Source of the DNA: Eimeria praecox
Lineage: Eukaryota
Length of the DNA: 64,000 nt
Direction: 5' to 3'
NCBI GenBank assembly: GCA_963920595.1
Contig: OY986948.1
Coordinates: forward strand, 4,030,001 to 4,094,000
The notes beneath the pieces are model-generated. The model ran no database searches, had not been told where the DNA came from, and saw only the letters and a program-made list of their open reading frames with translations. Position 1 is the stretch's first letter. Each line of letters begins with the position of its first letter. Positions 42,765 to 64,000 of this stretch are shown piece after piece. The position numbers and the translations under genes were made by a program.

Positions 42765-45440
42765 GTTGTCGTTTCATTCGGGTGCTGGAACTTGTTAGAC
42801 GCACGTCCAGCCTCCAGGTGCTCCTTGCCGAATCAATAGTGCTGCGTTGCTACCATTTTGTGGGGAGAATTCGCGAAAGTTTGGGTGATTCCCTGAACCA
42901 CTCGCGGAAATCAGCACCAATTGTCCGATAGCACCTTCACGTTGGCGATAAGCACACCATGTCAACCGAAGCGCTAATGCTAGAGCTAACAACAAAGTTC
43001 GTTTCCCAGCACGTAGCGAGCTTCGGCTACTCTTTCTCTTGCGCGCCTCGAAGACCGTGCGAATCCACTAATACCAAGCAGCCTGGGTTGAACGTTACTG
43101 TTGTGCTTTGCTGCCTGGCGTTCTTGTGCTTTCTTCATGCATTCGAGCGCAAGTACAAGCCACGTACGGGATTGGGGAGCAGCTGTTATGCGGAACTGCA
43201 TCGCAACGGCCAGCCCTGACGATGGCTCTGGCAATGGCGCTTCGCTGTAGACGAAGGATGCCGGCGAGCAGTCGGCCCAACGGCGGATCACTGTTTCATA
43301 AATCCATTCCACACAAGGAAGCAGGCCAGCTGTTTTCAGGGGATATGGCTTCAAATGCTGCGTGCAGTTCGCATGTTTAAGTTGACCGTCTGTCAGGTTG
43401 CTCCTCGTGATCATACTGGGTAGATGTTAGGTTCCTTCGGCGGTTCGCGCCAGAAGGCGCTAATGAACTCCGGGCCCCTCTCAGTAACGATGCTTTTTGG
43501 AAAAAGGGAAGCGTCCAGAAGTACTTAGTGACTAATTGGGGCATCACGCTTTATGTAGCTGAACTCGAACAGAGTATGAAATAAGCTTACGTGCTGAGGG
43601 TGCCTACGACAATGTATGTTGTGTTGAAGTCCCAAATTGCTGGCAAAGCTTCTGCGAAACCCATCGAGATATCCTTTCATATCTGTTGAAGCTCGGAAAG
43701 CTCCGCAAGAGTCCAGGCTTGAGAGTGTTCCACTTTGCGCGCGAAGCTTTCGTGTGCAGTCGGCGGAGTTCACGGTTCGCTTGGTATCACAAGAGATCGA
43801 TATCGTTGCTGTGCTGCGTAAGCCGCCGCCCATTCTTAATTCTAACGATTGCTGCAGCCGAATGAGTACCTAGGCAGTAAGAAGATCCCAGCTTAGAGAG
43901 GAAATGGGGACCACCGCAAATAGGCACAGTTGCAGAACAAATTGCCTGAACGATAAAGCGTAGTGAGAGTGCACCAGTGGCCACGTTAGTGATATCCTTG
44001 ATGTACTTGACGGTGAAGTCGTACTGCGTAAAGCAGCCAAAGCCATACAACTTTTATTTCATTGTCATATCTTGAAAGCGCGTTGCCAGATGTGCCAGGG
44101 ATTGATGGCCGGCTTGAACTGTGAAGCGCCAGCCATATACGCAATGTCGGCACTGCTTTACTCCCTACCAGGCCGCTCAGAGTTCCTCATGCGCCAGGTA
44201 CACCTGCTGTTTTCTAGTGAAGCGGTGTGAGTAGCAGGCGATTATTTGGAGCTTCTTCGAGCTAAGCCCGCTGGGAGAGTATCACCCCAATGGCTGTGGC
44301 ACTGGTGTCAGGCGTTAGGAAGAAATGCTTGTCTATCGAAACCAACGAGCGCAAGTACCGAAGACGATGCTAGGCATTGGCGGATTTGTCCTCTCTCCCC
44401 GTTCAGTTTGGTTGCTTGTCCCTTTTAAGGAGATCCGCTAGAGAGCCGGTGATGCCAGCGAATCCGAAAATGAACTTGTGGGCATACGACGCAAGACCGA
44501 GGGACTTCTGAGCGCCTGCGCAAGTGTGCAAGTGCAGCAAACACGTCTGAATTGGTCCTGTCTTCGCATTATCTGGCTTGACTCCTGCAATAAAGATAGG
44601 AAAAACCCAAAAACCTAGTAGCTTGTATAAAAAAGGTCTTTTGTGCGTTCACAAACCACTGCTTCCCTTAGAACAGTTGCAGAACGCGAGGCAGGTGGTG
44701 CGAATGATCCTGCACATTCCGGCTGAAGAGAAGTCCATCATCTGGGTATATTACCATTCACCCATCATTGGATGGCCTCTCGAAGCCGTGGTTGGCCTAT
44801 CTCTGCAGCTCAACAGGTGCAGTCACGTGTTCAAAGGGCATACTGGCATACTCAGTTTGAGCTTGCGCTTGTGGAATCCGGTCATTGTGCCTATTATGGG
44901 GATATATTGGGATCTGCAAAAACACTTCAGCGAAGCTAAATGGTAAACATCGAGCTGGACTGTGCAAATAGTCAAGTAACTTATCTATCCGGGGCAACAG
45001 GAAACTTCCGTTTTACCGTTCGTTTGTTGAACGGCTTGACTTGACGCACAAGTGTCGCCTCCCTTCGTCAACAACGGATGCTCGTTTTCGAAGGCACTAG
45101 TTGACAGTTGAATCTTATCGCCTTTCCTGCTTTCTGCTCGATTTCCTCTTCGAGATGTGGGGGTCACCGATACCTTGGAACAAAACTTTGGGCTGCCCCT
45201 GGGATGAGTTCGATGCTATTCATTGAGCGTGCAGAGGGCGACCAGCCCAGTGGAAGCTCCTTGCTAAGTACATATGGGAGCACCTTTCTTCTTCGGAGAC
45301 TGATTCCAGCACTCTTACTGTAGAGGAAGGTAATGCTGTTTGAATCGCTGACAGGGGGACTCTCTCATCGATTCCTGGAGCATATGCGGCAATAGGGTCG
45401 TGAAGGGGATGCATGCGCGCCCTCCTCTGGGTCGCCAATG
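42765..45440 (-). mobile_element. Decayed Ty3/gypsy pol: RT, RNase H and integrase
   Basis: RT start SIELIPGAAQSFVPRY and PRIDKLLDYL. Catalytic region MVIYPDDGLLFSRNVQDHSHHLPRVLQLF (~44.68-44.76 kb). Integrase-like NLTDGQLKHAN..LLPCVEWIYET..CSPASFVYSEAP and IGQLVLIS. The domain order RT-RH-IN is the gypsy order. Confidence 0.88.
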
Positions 45441-45450
45441 GCATGCCTAG

Positions 45451-45872
45451 TGTAATGAACAGCGTAGTCTCTCAGCTGAAACTACGTATACCTCTGGCTT
45501 GCACAACTTATCTGCTCACTACCTATCTAGCCCGTATCTCTGCGAATACCTTACTAGAAACCATGAAAACCAAATACCGACTATTCAAAGCCCCAAAGCC
45601 GGTTTCTTAAAAGGTTCCCCTTAAAACGTCTCTCCTAAAAAATCTACCTGTCCTCAAAGAGGTACGACCGCCCGCCTCACCCTCTAAGAGGCAAGCGTTG
45701 CGGGACCGCCAGCCCCCAAACCTAAGGGCTGTAGGCACAGGTTGTCCATTCGATCTCAGTAGCGGTCTAAAAGCTCCCTATTATATACTAAATATTCTTT
45801 ATAATGTGCTTTATGACGAATTCACTCGTCAGAGACTCAGCGGAGAGCCCCTTGTACTGCTTGTTCACTACA
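45451..45872. mobile_element. 422-bp solo LTR with a 5-bp target-site duplication
   Basis: CCTAG[TGTAATGAACA...TGTTCACTACA]CCTAG: TG...CA ends, 10/11 terminal inverted repeat, perfect flanking CCTAG at 45446-45450 and 45873-45877. Confidence 0.88.
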
Positions 45873-45879
45873 CCTAGGA

Positions 45880-47830
45880 TTATGTCGTGGTGAAACTGTC
45901 CAACACACAAGGCCGGTCACACTGCAGTCTGACGCATTTCTGAATAGTGCAAGGATTTCACACCCATATTTTCGCCAATTCTCGCGTCTTTTCTCTTCGC
46001 CAACACGGGATTGTTCCCCAAGGCCTTCGTTGATACTTGAAAGTTGACTTTTCTCAGCAGTTTTTCTGCTAACTGCTTGAGCCCCCCGTCAAGATGCAGG
46101 GATAGGTGGTATCTCGGGACAAGGCATTGTGCCGCTCCGTCAGCCACTTCGATGCTGTGAACTGGGTGCCTTGTAGGTGAGTGCCCTGCGTTCTGGCAGC
46201 CTCCTTGTAGTGAGTCCACGAAACAACTTCCTTCCACTGTGCACACCTTTGCTATTTCTCGGCTGCTTACTCGGCCGAGCTCCCCAAAGCGCCTGGTTTC
46301 GCAGCGCCACCACGATAAACCGCATGAACTGCATGCACTTATCCGCCGTTCCCTGCAGCGTATCTACACTGTGTAAGAGCTTCCTCGCTCTCTTCTTCGT
46401 GGGGTACTGATTTCACTCCCGGAACCGGAAAGGATCCAAATGCTGGTGGGAACGTTGACATTTGCAATATATCACCACCCCTCAGCACGTAAGCCGCAAT
46501 TGTGTCGTCTGCAGTGGTAAACTGATCCCCTCTACACGCCCGGTACCATAGGGATATAACGCACAGTTGAATTGGCCTCTCATTCTACGCTCATAGCTTT
46601 TACCCTGACTCGTGCGCTGCCTCCATTTTGCGAAGCCTAGGAGAAGATACCGCATCAACGAACGGAATCCTAGTTTGCACCAAGTCACCGTAGCCTCGCA
46701 TACCAGATCCACTTCGCATCCTGGGACAAGTAGCTCCAGCAACTTCTGACCCTGAATACGAATTGGGATAAGCACTGAGCTGGCTTGAGGAGGGTCTGCA
46801 GGTGCCCTTACTAGCTCTTTTGCCCCCAAAACTGCGCCTCATGGAGCATGGGCCATGGCGCTGCCCTGTCCGCTTTGTTTTGTGTGCTTTGTGTGCTTCT
46901 CTGAAGAAGCCGCTCGGAGTACTTCTTCTCTAGTCCCTTATCGCTTTTTGGTAGCCTGTTTCATAGAAGCTTGTGTCCTTGTTTGCTGAAAAAGAAGCAG
47001 ATGCGCCTCTCAATGCTTTCCTCTCGTGCTGGCAGTTTCGGTTGCCCCCTTTTGTCTTTTTCCGGGGGGGGCGCTTGCTTACACAGCCCAGAGCTTCATA
47101 CACTCTATATCTTTCAAGTCTCCAAATCCACTTTATTCCTTCTTTGTTAGGGGGTGAGAATGGTTTGTTTGTGCCATTTGAAGCATAAGTGTTCCGTTAA
47201 TTCACTGGCTTTGACCTTTTCACCACTTGTCTCGTTCCCTCCCCGCCGGCCACCAACTATCTCCCTATGGGAAACAGCTATTGATATTCATTTAAAAGCT
47301 CCACTTCAACTGTTGGGCTTCTTTTCATCAAGGACTGAAATTTATCAGTGCAGCGTTCTATCGATAGCCTCCCTTGTTTAAGCTTCCTCAGTTCTGCCAC
47401 AGCCTGTTCTGCTGCAGGCTTGGAAATCAATATATGCCGCAATGTACGCAGGAAAGCTTCCATAGGTCGAATGCGCTCTGGCAATACGGTGCCCTTTCTT
47501 AAAATATAATAATCATTACCATGCCTCCCCTTCTAACAGAGATGATGCCTGTGGCTGCTGCTGTTCTTCGGGTGATTTTGGAAACAAAATGCATTTTGGC
47601 AACGAAAGCGCAGCCCCATGGAAGCAAGGAATTCCTCCACTGCCCCTGCGTCGCGACGTCCATCATACGTGGGAGGTGGGTAAAGGCGTATGGATTTTCC
47701 TTGAATCCGCCCCCCCATGAAAACATTTTCAGCGGAACGGGATGTTGATGCATTTGCTCCAGTGCGACGAGAAGCCCAGCCATCGCTCTTTCCCCCAACA
47801 GAAGGCACACTATGGTCAATCCTCATTACG
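45880..47830 (-). mobile_element. Decayed Ty3/gypsy gag, protease and 5' RT fragment
   Basis: Gag: YPPPTYDGRRDAGAVEEFLASM and AEQAVAELRKLKQGRLSIE. Protease: IPIRIQGQKLLELLVPGCEVDLV (DTG decayed). RT start: PTRHPVHSIEVADGAAQCLVPRYHLS. Confidence 0.88.
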
Positions 47831-49310
47831 TTGGAAGCTGAGAGGCTCTACGGGAAGTACATAGGTATTTCCTGCAAAAGATATTCGCTATTAAACCGTG
47901 TTAATGCACCAAAACGCTCAACTCCATGGGTAGGCTTCCCTAGTAGGGCATACCCCGATGAACTATGCGGGAATACGAAGTATTGTGAGGGTACTTAATC
48001 TGAGATTCATGCTGACCTGCAAGGGGAAAACAGTGCCTAAATAGCATTTGATCTCCCCTTCAGCCTCATTCATCCTGAGCACAGCGGACCAAGGGCATGT
48101 GTTTGGTGCAGAGAGGAGCCGTCCTACCATATGACGCAATCTATCTTGCTACGTCAAATAGCAAGGCTGCCCCATACACAAGCACACCCGATCCCCTACT
48201 TGCTACACACGCTAAAACAGTAGGCAGCTGTTAAACACTCATGCTTGGCCATTTACAGCCAGCCTTCAAAAAGGTGTGGGTGGAAATTCCAATATCACAA
48301 GTCATGCTACGCAAGGTACCCACCCCGGCCTCCCGCTTACGCATGCAATAGCACTGCAGGTAATTGCTCAATACTTGCCTGGCCCCCAGCAGCCAGTCTG
48401 TACGATGGTATAAACAAATGCCCAAACTTCAGATACAGCATGCTAAGGCTACAGACACCGCATGATGAGGGAGGGGCCACGATTCCTTTTGCCAAAGGTA
48501 CAGCAGCCCAAAGAGCTCCTAGCTCAGTTGTCTAAAAGCACCAAAGCTGAGTTATTAAAAAACATGACTGCTGGCAAAAAGATTTACCCTTGATTCAGAT
48601 TTCTTTCGCCAGAGTGTTGTTACCATAAAAATTGATGCTGATACGGAAAGCCACTGCCGGGGCAGCGTTGCATAGCAATTAATCCAGCAATAGAGGGGAA
48701 TTGACTTGTTTTCCTGCGATGGCAACCTGCAAATACACTGCAACATCAGCATCTTGAGTCAACTAATTCTTTTGTTCCCCAGGCATATTATCAAAGCAAG
48801 GAATTTTGGCTTCCAGTAGCCTCCACTGGCAGCCCCTCAGTCCCCAGGTTCTTCTGTCCATTTTACCCCTCAGCCCTTAATTTCAGTGTAAAAGAAGCTA
48901 TGATTGCGCCAAAACTCACTTACTCATGAATATTATGCTTATTGGGGGCCAGGGGCCCGGTGTTGCTGCCGACGGACGCCGAAGATTGGCTGCTGCTGCT
49001 GGCTGCCCCCGGTGATCGGCACGCACGGCTGTGCTGGTTGTTGAATCCTTAGCTTGGATATTCTTTGTCTCTGCGGTGGATATTGCGCAGGATTGCGCAG
49101 GAGGAGCGCACCGGTGAGGCCAGCCATTGCATTGCTCTTGGCGGTAACTAAGGCTAACACAAAGGCTGCAACGAAGGAGGCGGGAGCAGCTGCTGCTCCG
49201 AAGTTGCCATCGCTACATGGAAGCAACAGTGGCGGCAGGGGTGGAAGGAGCTCGTTTGTGCTTCCATAGTTGCTGCCTGCAGTAGCAGTAGCAGCTACAG
49301 TGGGGCCGGC

Positions 49311-56848
<7,538 letters not shown>

Positions 56849-58299
56849 TTGCGTAGACAATTATCTTTATATCAGCATCATGCATCTTTTGTAAAGGCAT
56901 CAGCAGGTGTTGCAGTACCAATAACGACAGGCGCACCTGCCGCAGCAGCGGAAGCGGCTACACGTGCATTTGCTGGTATGCAGGCTGATGGATTGGACGA
57001 TTCAGTCGCTGCAGCAAACTTGCCAGCTCGGCTGCCTGGCCGCGAGTACTTCGTTGCTCCTATTTCCTTTAGCAGAATATCTTTGCATTTGTGTTTTTAC
57101 ATCAATATATGTACTCCTGTCTTGTAATGTCCGCATGCCACTGTCGACTTGCACGTCTGGTTTTCTGAGGTCCGTTGTATTCTTTGAGACTTTCATGGGG
57201 GTGCTTCGACGAGTCGAGCAGCCCACGCCGGATAGAGGAAGGCAGCTGCAGTGAGAAGCAGTACAAACAAAGGGAATAGTAAACGCACTGCACAATTCAC
57301 GGAATGCATTCAGCACGGCTGTTGCTCCATTTAGACGAGCGATCATTGCAATTCTCAGATCGCAGTGGTTTTTGCTGCGAGTGGTTGGGTGCTGCACATA
57401 CACAGCTACGACGTGCACATGCAGGGTATTCTGAGGCCTCGCAAGCCTTCCCTCTCCCTTAATGTGCAGCATACTCGACGGAAGAACCATATGGGTTCGG
57501 TTTGCAGCCAAGAGGGGACGGTAACGGAGAGCAGAGAAGGTGTACTATGCACTTCACGTTGCTTTCCTCCACATACTGCAGAGGCGAGTATTCCGTACTA
57601 GTAAGTGCTGCAAGGCTGCACAGGCCAGCTTCCTCGTCTCCAGCGCAAGGTGCCTGAAAGGCAGAGCCTTGAAAAAAACTGGCAGGGGACGAGGGAACGG
57701 CTGCATTCGGTGGATTGCTTTCCAGGGCACTAGTTTGCATCTGCATCAAGTGGTTCCTCGGTTAAGGAGGAAACCGTTGCCACAGGAAATAAGAGCGGAA
57801 AAGCGCAGGAGGCACTTCACTTTAACGGATCGGTCACTCCCAAATGACAAAGATGGATCGAGATTGGAAGCAAATGTGCTTCGTGCTTCTGGTCATTCGC
57901 ATTGCGTTGGATTTAGACACGCGATTACAGGGTGTGATTAGCTGCTTGTGCACAGGAAGATGCACATTGGACGTTGTTCGAGGAAATAGCAAATGTGTAG
58001 CGGTCCGTTTCTTCAGCGTGTTCGTGGCTGCACAATGTGCTGCGGTGTTTGACCCTTATGCTCCAAAATGACGAGTGTTGGTGACACTACGCACAACTAA
58101 TGTCACTAACAACTGCCCGTTTCACATGCCGTAAGGAACAGGAGAGCGTCTGTGGATTTTCCGCGGCACACTGTGGCTACGACACATCACCTAAGCATGC
58201 AATGAATCGTTCAGCTTTTAGCTCATCGCATCCTGCGAGATTGCAGCTGTCATAGATTATTTACAGAATTCAGGCGGCTCAGGCTCCTCGCGCCCTTCC

Positions 58300-60213
58300 G
58301 AACTGCCTAGGATAGTGACGCTCAGCGGGGAGGAGCTCAACGGCATACTATCGGTGGCCTTTTGGCATCCCTCACAATATAATCGAAGGACCGTTGGATG
58401 ACGAAGCCGGCAGGCTCTCCCTGTTTCGGGTCCAGATCAGTTTACTTGCTATTTCTGAACCCATGCCGAGCATCGCAAACTAGCGCAAGAACTTGATTGT
58501 GACTGCCTCACAGGCAGTGGCGCAAGTGGCGGAACAGCCAAAAGGCATCTATCTGTTGGACTACGCTCAAAGTATGCAATATGCATCCGGCGGCAAGATA
58601 CCTGATGCAACAGAAAATGCTAACATCACCGTGCCACAGGCGAGAAAGCATGCGGAACACGGCTGTAGCAGTGGCCGTGGGGGAAGCAGTGTGCAGATAG
58701 ACATGGGGGGTCTAAACGCACACAATTTGACACAGGTCAGCATAACAAAGCTGGATGCATGTAGGGCTTAACCGAAACGATACAGTAACGTGGGCCGACT
58801 TATATGTTACCTGCTGTGATGAGGCTATTTTACTGGCAAATTGCACACGCCATGCAATGTTCTAAAACCTACAAGTGATGACAACCCTGTGCGTACAGGT
58901 TGTGCCATGCACTTTCGTCCTCAACGGGTGGCCAGTGCAATGACGAACTTCCAATGACACAGCAAGTTTCGTAAGTACTGGTTCTCTAGGCAGACGTAAA
59001 CGAATCACTCGGTCTTCAAGGGCCACCCTCGATACTTAACTGTGTTGGGATGCTTCGCCTCCTCATGATGGAAACTGGGAGGTTAGGCGGAGTACCTCGA
59101 ACACATGGCAATGCTAACTGCCAGCCATGCTATCGAGAAGGACAGTAGTTTCAGCGAAGTAGTGCCGGAATGCATAGTTGTCGACCTTATCTTCCAGAGG
59201 TACACGGATGGGTGCGCTCATGCGAAAAATGCCATCTGCATCTGGAGGGAGCCGCAGGTAGGAGCTACTGCAAAAAAATACTGCGGAGCCAAAAGCAGCG
59301 GTGGTGCGGAAGCGATGAACTGTAGGACAGTACAGAGGTTGTCAGGGAACTAAGCTGAGCACTAAGCAGCCGCCTCCGCACATGGTATGTTGCGGACGGC
59401 GAGAGAAGCGGTCTGACAAGCATGCACCTTTCCTTTTCCGGTCTCAGTGGTTTCACGCGCACATGCAACTGATGGTGAGGACGTCGCTGGGGCATCCGCT
59501 TGGGTCAAAAACCTAAATGTGAGGAAGGCAAACGGGAAACGAACGGCGAAAAAGCCGAGTAAGGCTGCGATTCGTAGAATGCTGGACAGAGTATGGCGGC
59601 TACATAGCAACTAGCGGACTTGGAGGCGTGCCCGATAACCGGGTTTGTTATGCGTTGCCAGCATTGTGGAGCAGTTAGGCAGAAGTGCCAGCCATTTCCA
59701 TACGAGCACTTTCAACACTCAGTAGCTCCTTTTCTAGTATGGAAAAGCGCACACACCCCGCCAGGGTGGATGAAGACGGATCAATTTATGGTGCCAATTG
59801 GAGCACGCAAGAAGCTGCATACTAGTGCACTGGAAATTGCCGGCGTTCCTTGGGTGGTGTGCAGTAGGTAGAAGGGCTTGTGGACCCTTGAAACACGAGG
59901 CCTTGCCATTTGCTTCGGGGAAGCGCCAGGTTCCTCCCAAATCAATACGGATGCCGTATTGATGGAACAGGTAACGGCGAAACATGCTGTATGCTTACCT
60001 AATTGGTGTGGAGTCCAGGCGCGTGCACTCGCTCAAGAGCTGCACTGCTTTGACTTCACGGAAGCTGAACAACCTGCTCCCCAAACTTCTAAGTGCAGAC
60101 AAGGCTGGACTGCCTGATATACTGCTGGGAGGGCCTGCCTCAAGTAGGTGATCACATCGAAGATGTGCGTTTATGCTGTCTATTAGAAGCCCATTGGCGT
60201 CCACACGCTTCAT
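58300..60213 (-). CDS. Tentative small-exon gene or pseudogene, possibly TBC1D19-like
   Basis: Exon-like segments: SLGSRLFSFREVKAVQLLSECTRLDSTPIR|GTAAGC, VHKPFYLLHTTQGTPAISSAL, SYLRLPPDADGIFRMSAPIRVPLEDKVDNYAFRHYFAETTVLLDSMAG, EPVLTKLAVSLEVRHCTGHPLRTK and NIAWRVQFASKIASSQQ. Not all phases could be joined. Confidence 0.3.
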
Positions 60214-60216
60214 TCA

Positions 60217-60273
60217 GCTAATGGTCGTAGAGCATGCACATCTTTCAGAAGCGCATGCTCTACGATCATTAGC
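60217..60273. other. 57-nt hairpin with a 21-bp stem
   Basis: GCTAATGGTCGTAGAGCATGC pairs with GCATGCTCTACGATCATTAGC (20 Watson-Crick pairs and 1 G-T). Confidence 0.85.
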
Positions 60274-60860
60274 GCAGCACCTATGTGACCGTAACAATGT
60301 GGGCGTGTAACACCAAGGCAGCACTAAATCGTCAGCGGTTAATTGTTCCCCACATCAGGGACGCATCCCCCAAAACACAAGAAGCGGGGTTTTAAAAAGG
60401 CCAACGAATAAAGGTAAGTGGGCATCAATCGGCACATCAATAAGCATGCACATACTACTTCCTATTTCAACGGTATGCGTTCATCGGACACTACAACAAG
60501 CAGTGAGAAGTGCAGTTTGGCTACTGGATTCGTCACCGAGGGGCCCCTCGGCAGAGAAGGGCCAACCTATGTGACTCCAGCCCCATACTGATGCAAACAA
60601 CGCAAGTATTATTATTCCCTTCCTGCAGCAGTCGAAACACTGTGCATAATTGCCTAATTACTGGTAAAGGATACTCTTCAGTTCGGTAACCTCACATCCT
60701 TCAGCCCTCCGGTTTATCGACTCCTGCCGCTCGACTCGAGCACGTGACATCACCACTTCTCACGCCTTACGTTGCTCAAAGCACGTCTCCCTTTTTTGTG
60801 TCCCCTGTACGACCCTTGTATTCTGCTATACTTTCTTTCTGTTCCTTGCTGGGACATTCC

Positions 60861-63904
<3,044 letters not shown>

Positions 63905-63950
63905 TATGCATACATATGTATATACATATATATGTATATACATAGGCATG

Positions 63951-64000
<50 letters not shown>

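Noticed and set aside
42765..47830. Intact or active retrotransposon
   Set aside because: Numerous stops and frameshifts, a decayed protease motif, a duplicated RT start and no paired LTRs or PBS identified.

Overview
Eukaryotic, intron-rich DNA from a coccidian apicomplexan, most likely Eimeria. This is inferred from abundant CAG repeats encoding poly-Q/A/S tracts, interstitial AAACCCT/AGGGTTT heptamers, TGCATGCA octamers and decayed Ty3/gypsy remnants. Spliced genes assembled by hand: VAC14 (-, runs off the left edge), a signal-peptide-bearing PPR protein (+), SF3A2/Prp11 (-), a two-domain glyoxalase-I-like protein with altered metal ligands (-), a tentative membrane protein (-), an intronless secreted hypothetical protein (+), a NAT8/camello-like GNAT (+), an m-AAA FtsH protease (+), a tentative TBC1D19-like gene (-) and a DDX49/DBP8 helicase (+). 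The middle of the window (15-48 kb) holds many decayed LTR-retrotransposon fragments. The most striking structure is a ~3 kb inverted repeat (~15.0-18.0 kb and ~29.9-32.8 kb) with a near-identical core and diverged edges. It encloses ~12 kb carrying host genes and is a candidate invertible or gene-converted segment. Other observations include a clean 422-bp solo LTR with a 5-bp target-site duplication, GC-AG introns, several hairpins and a 1.6-kb (CA)n intron tract. Exon coordinates are manual and unverified, and family assignments come from remembered motifs rather than database searches.
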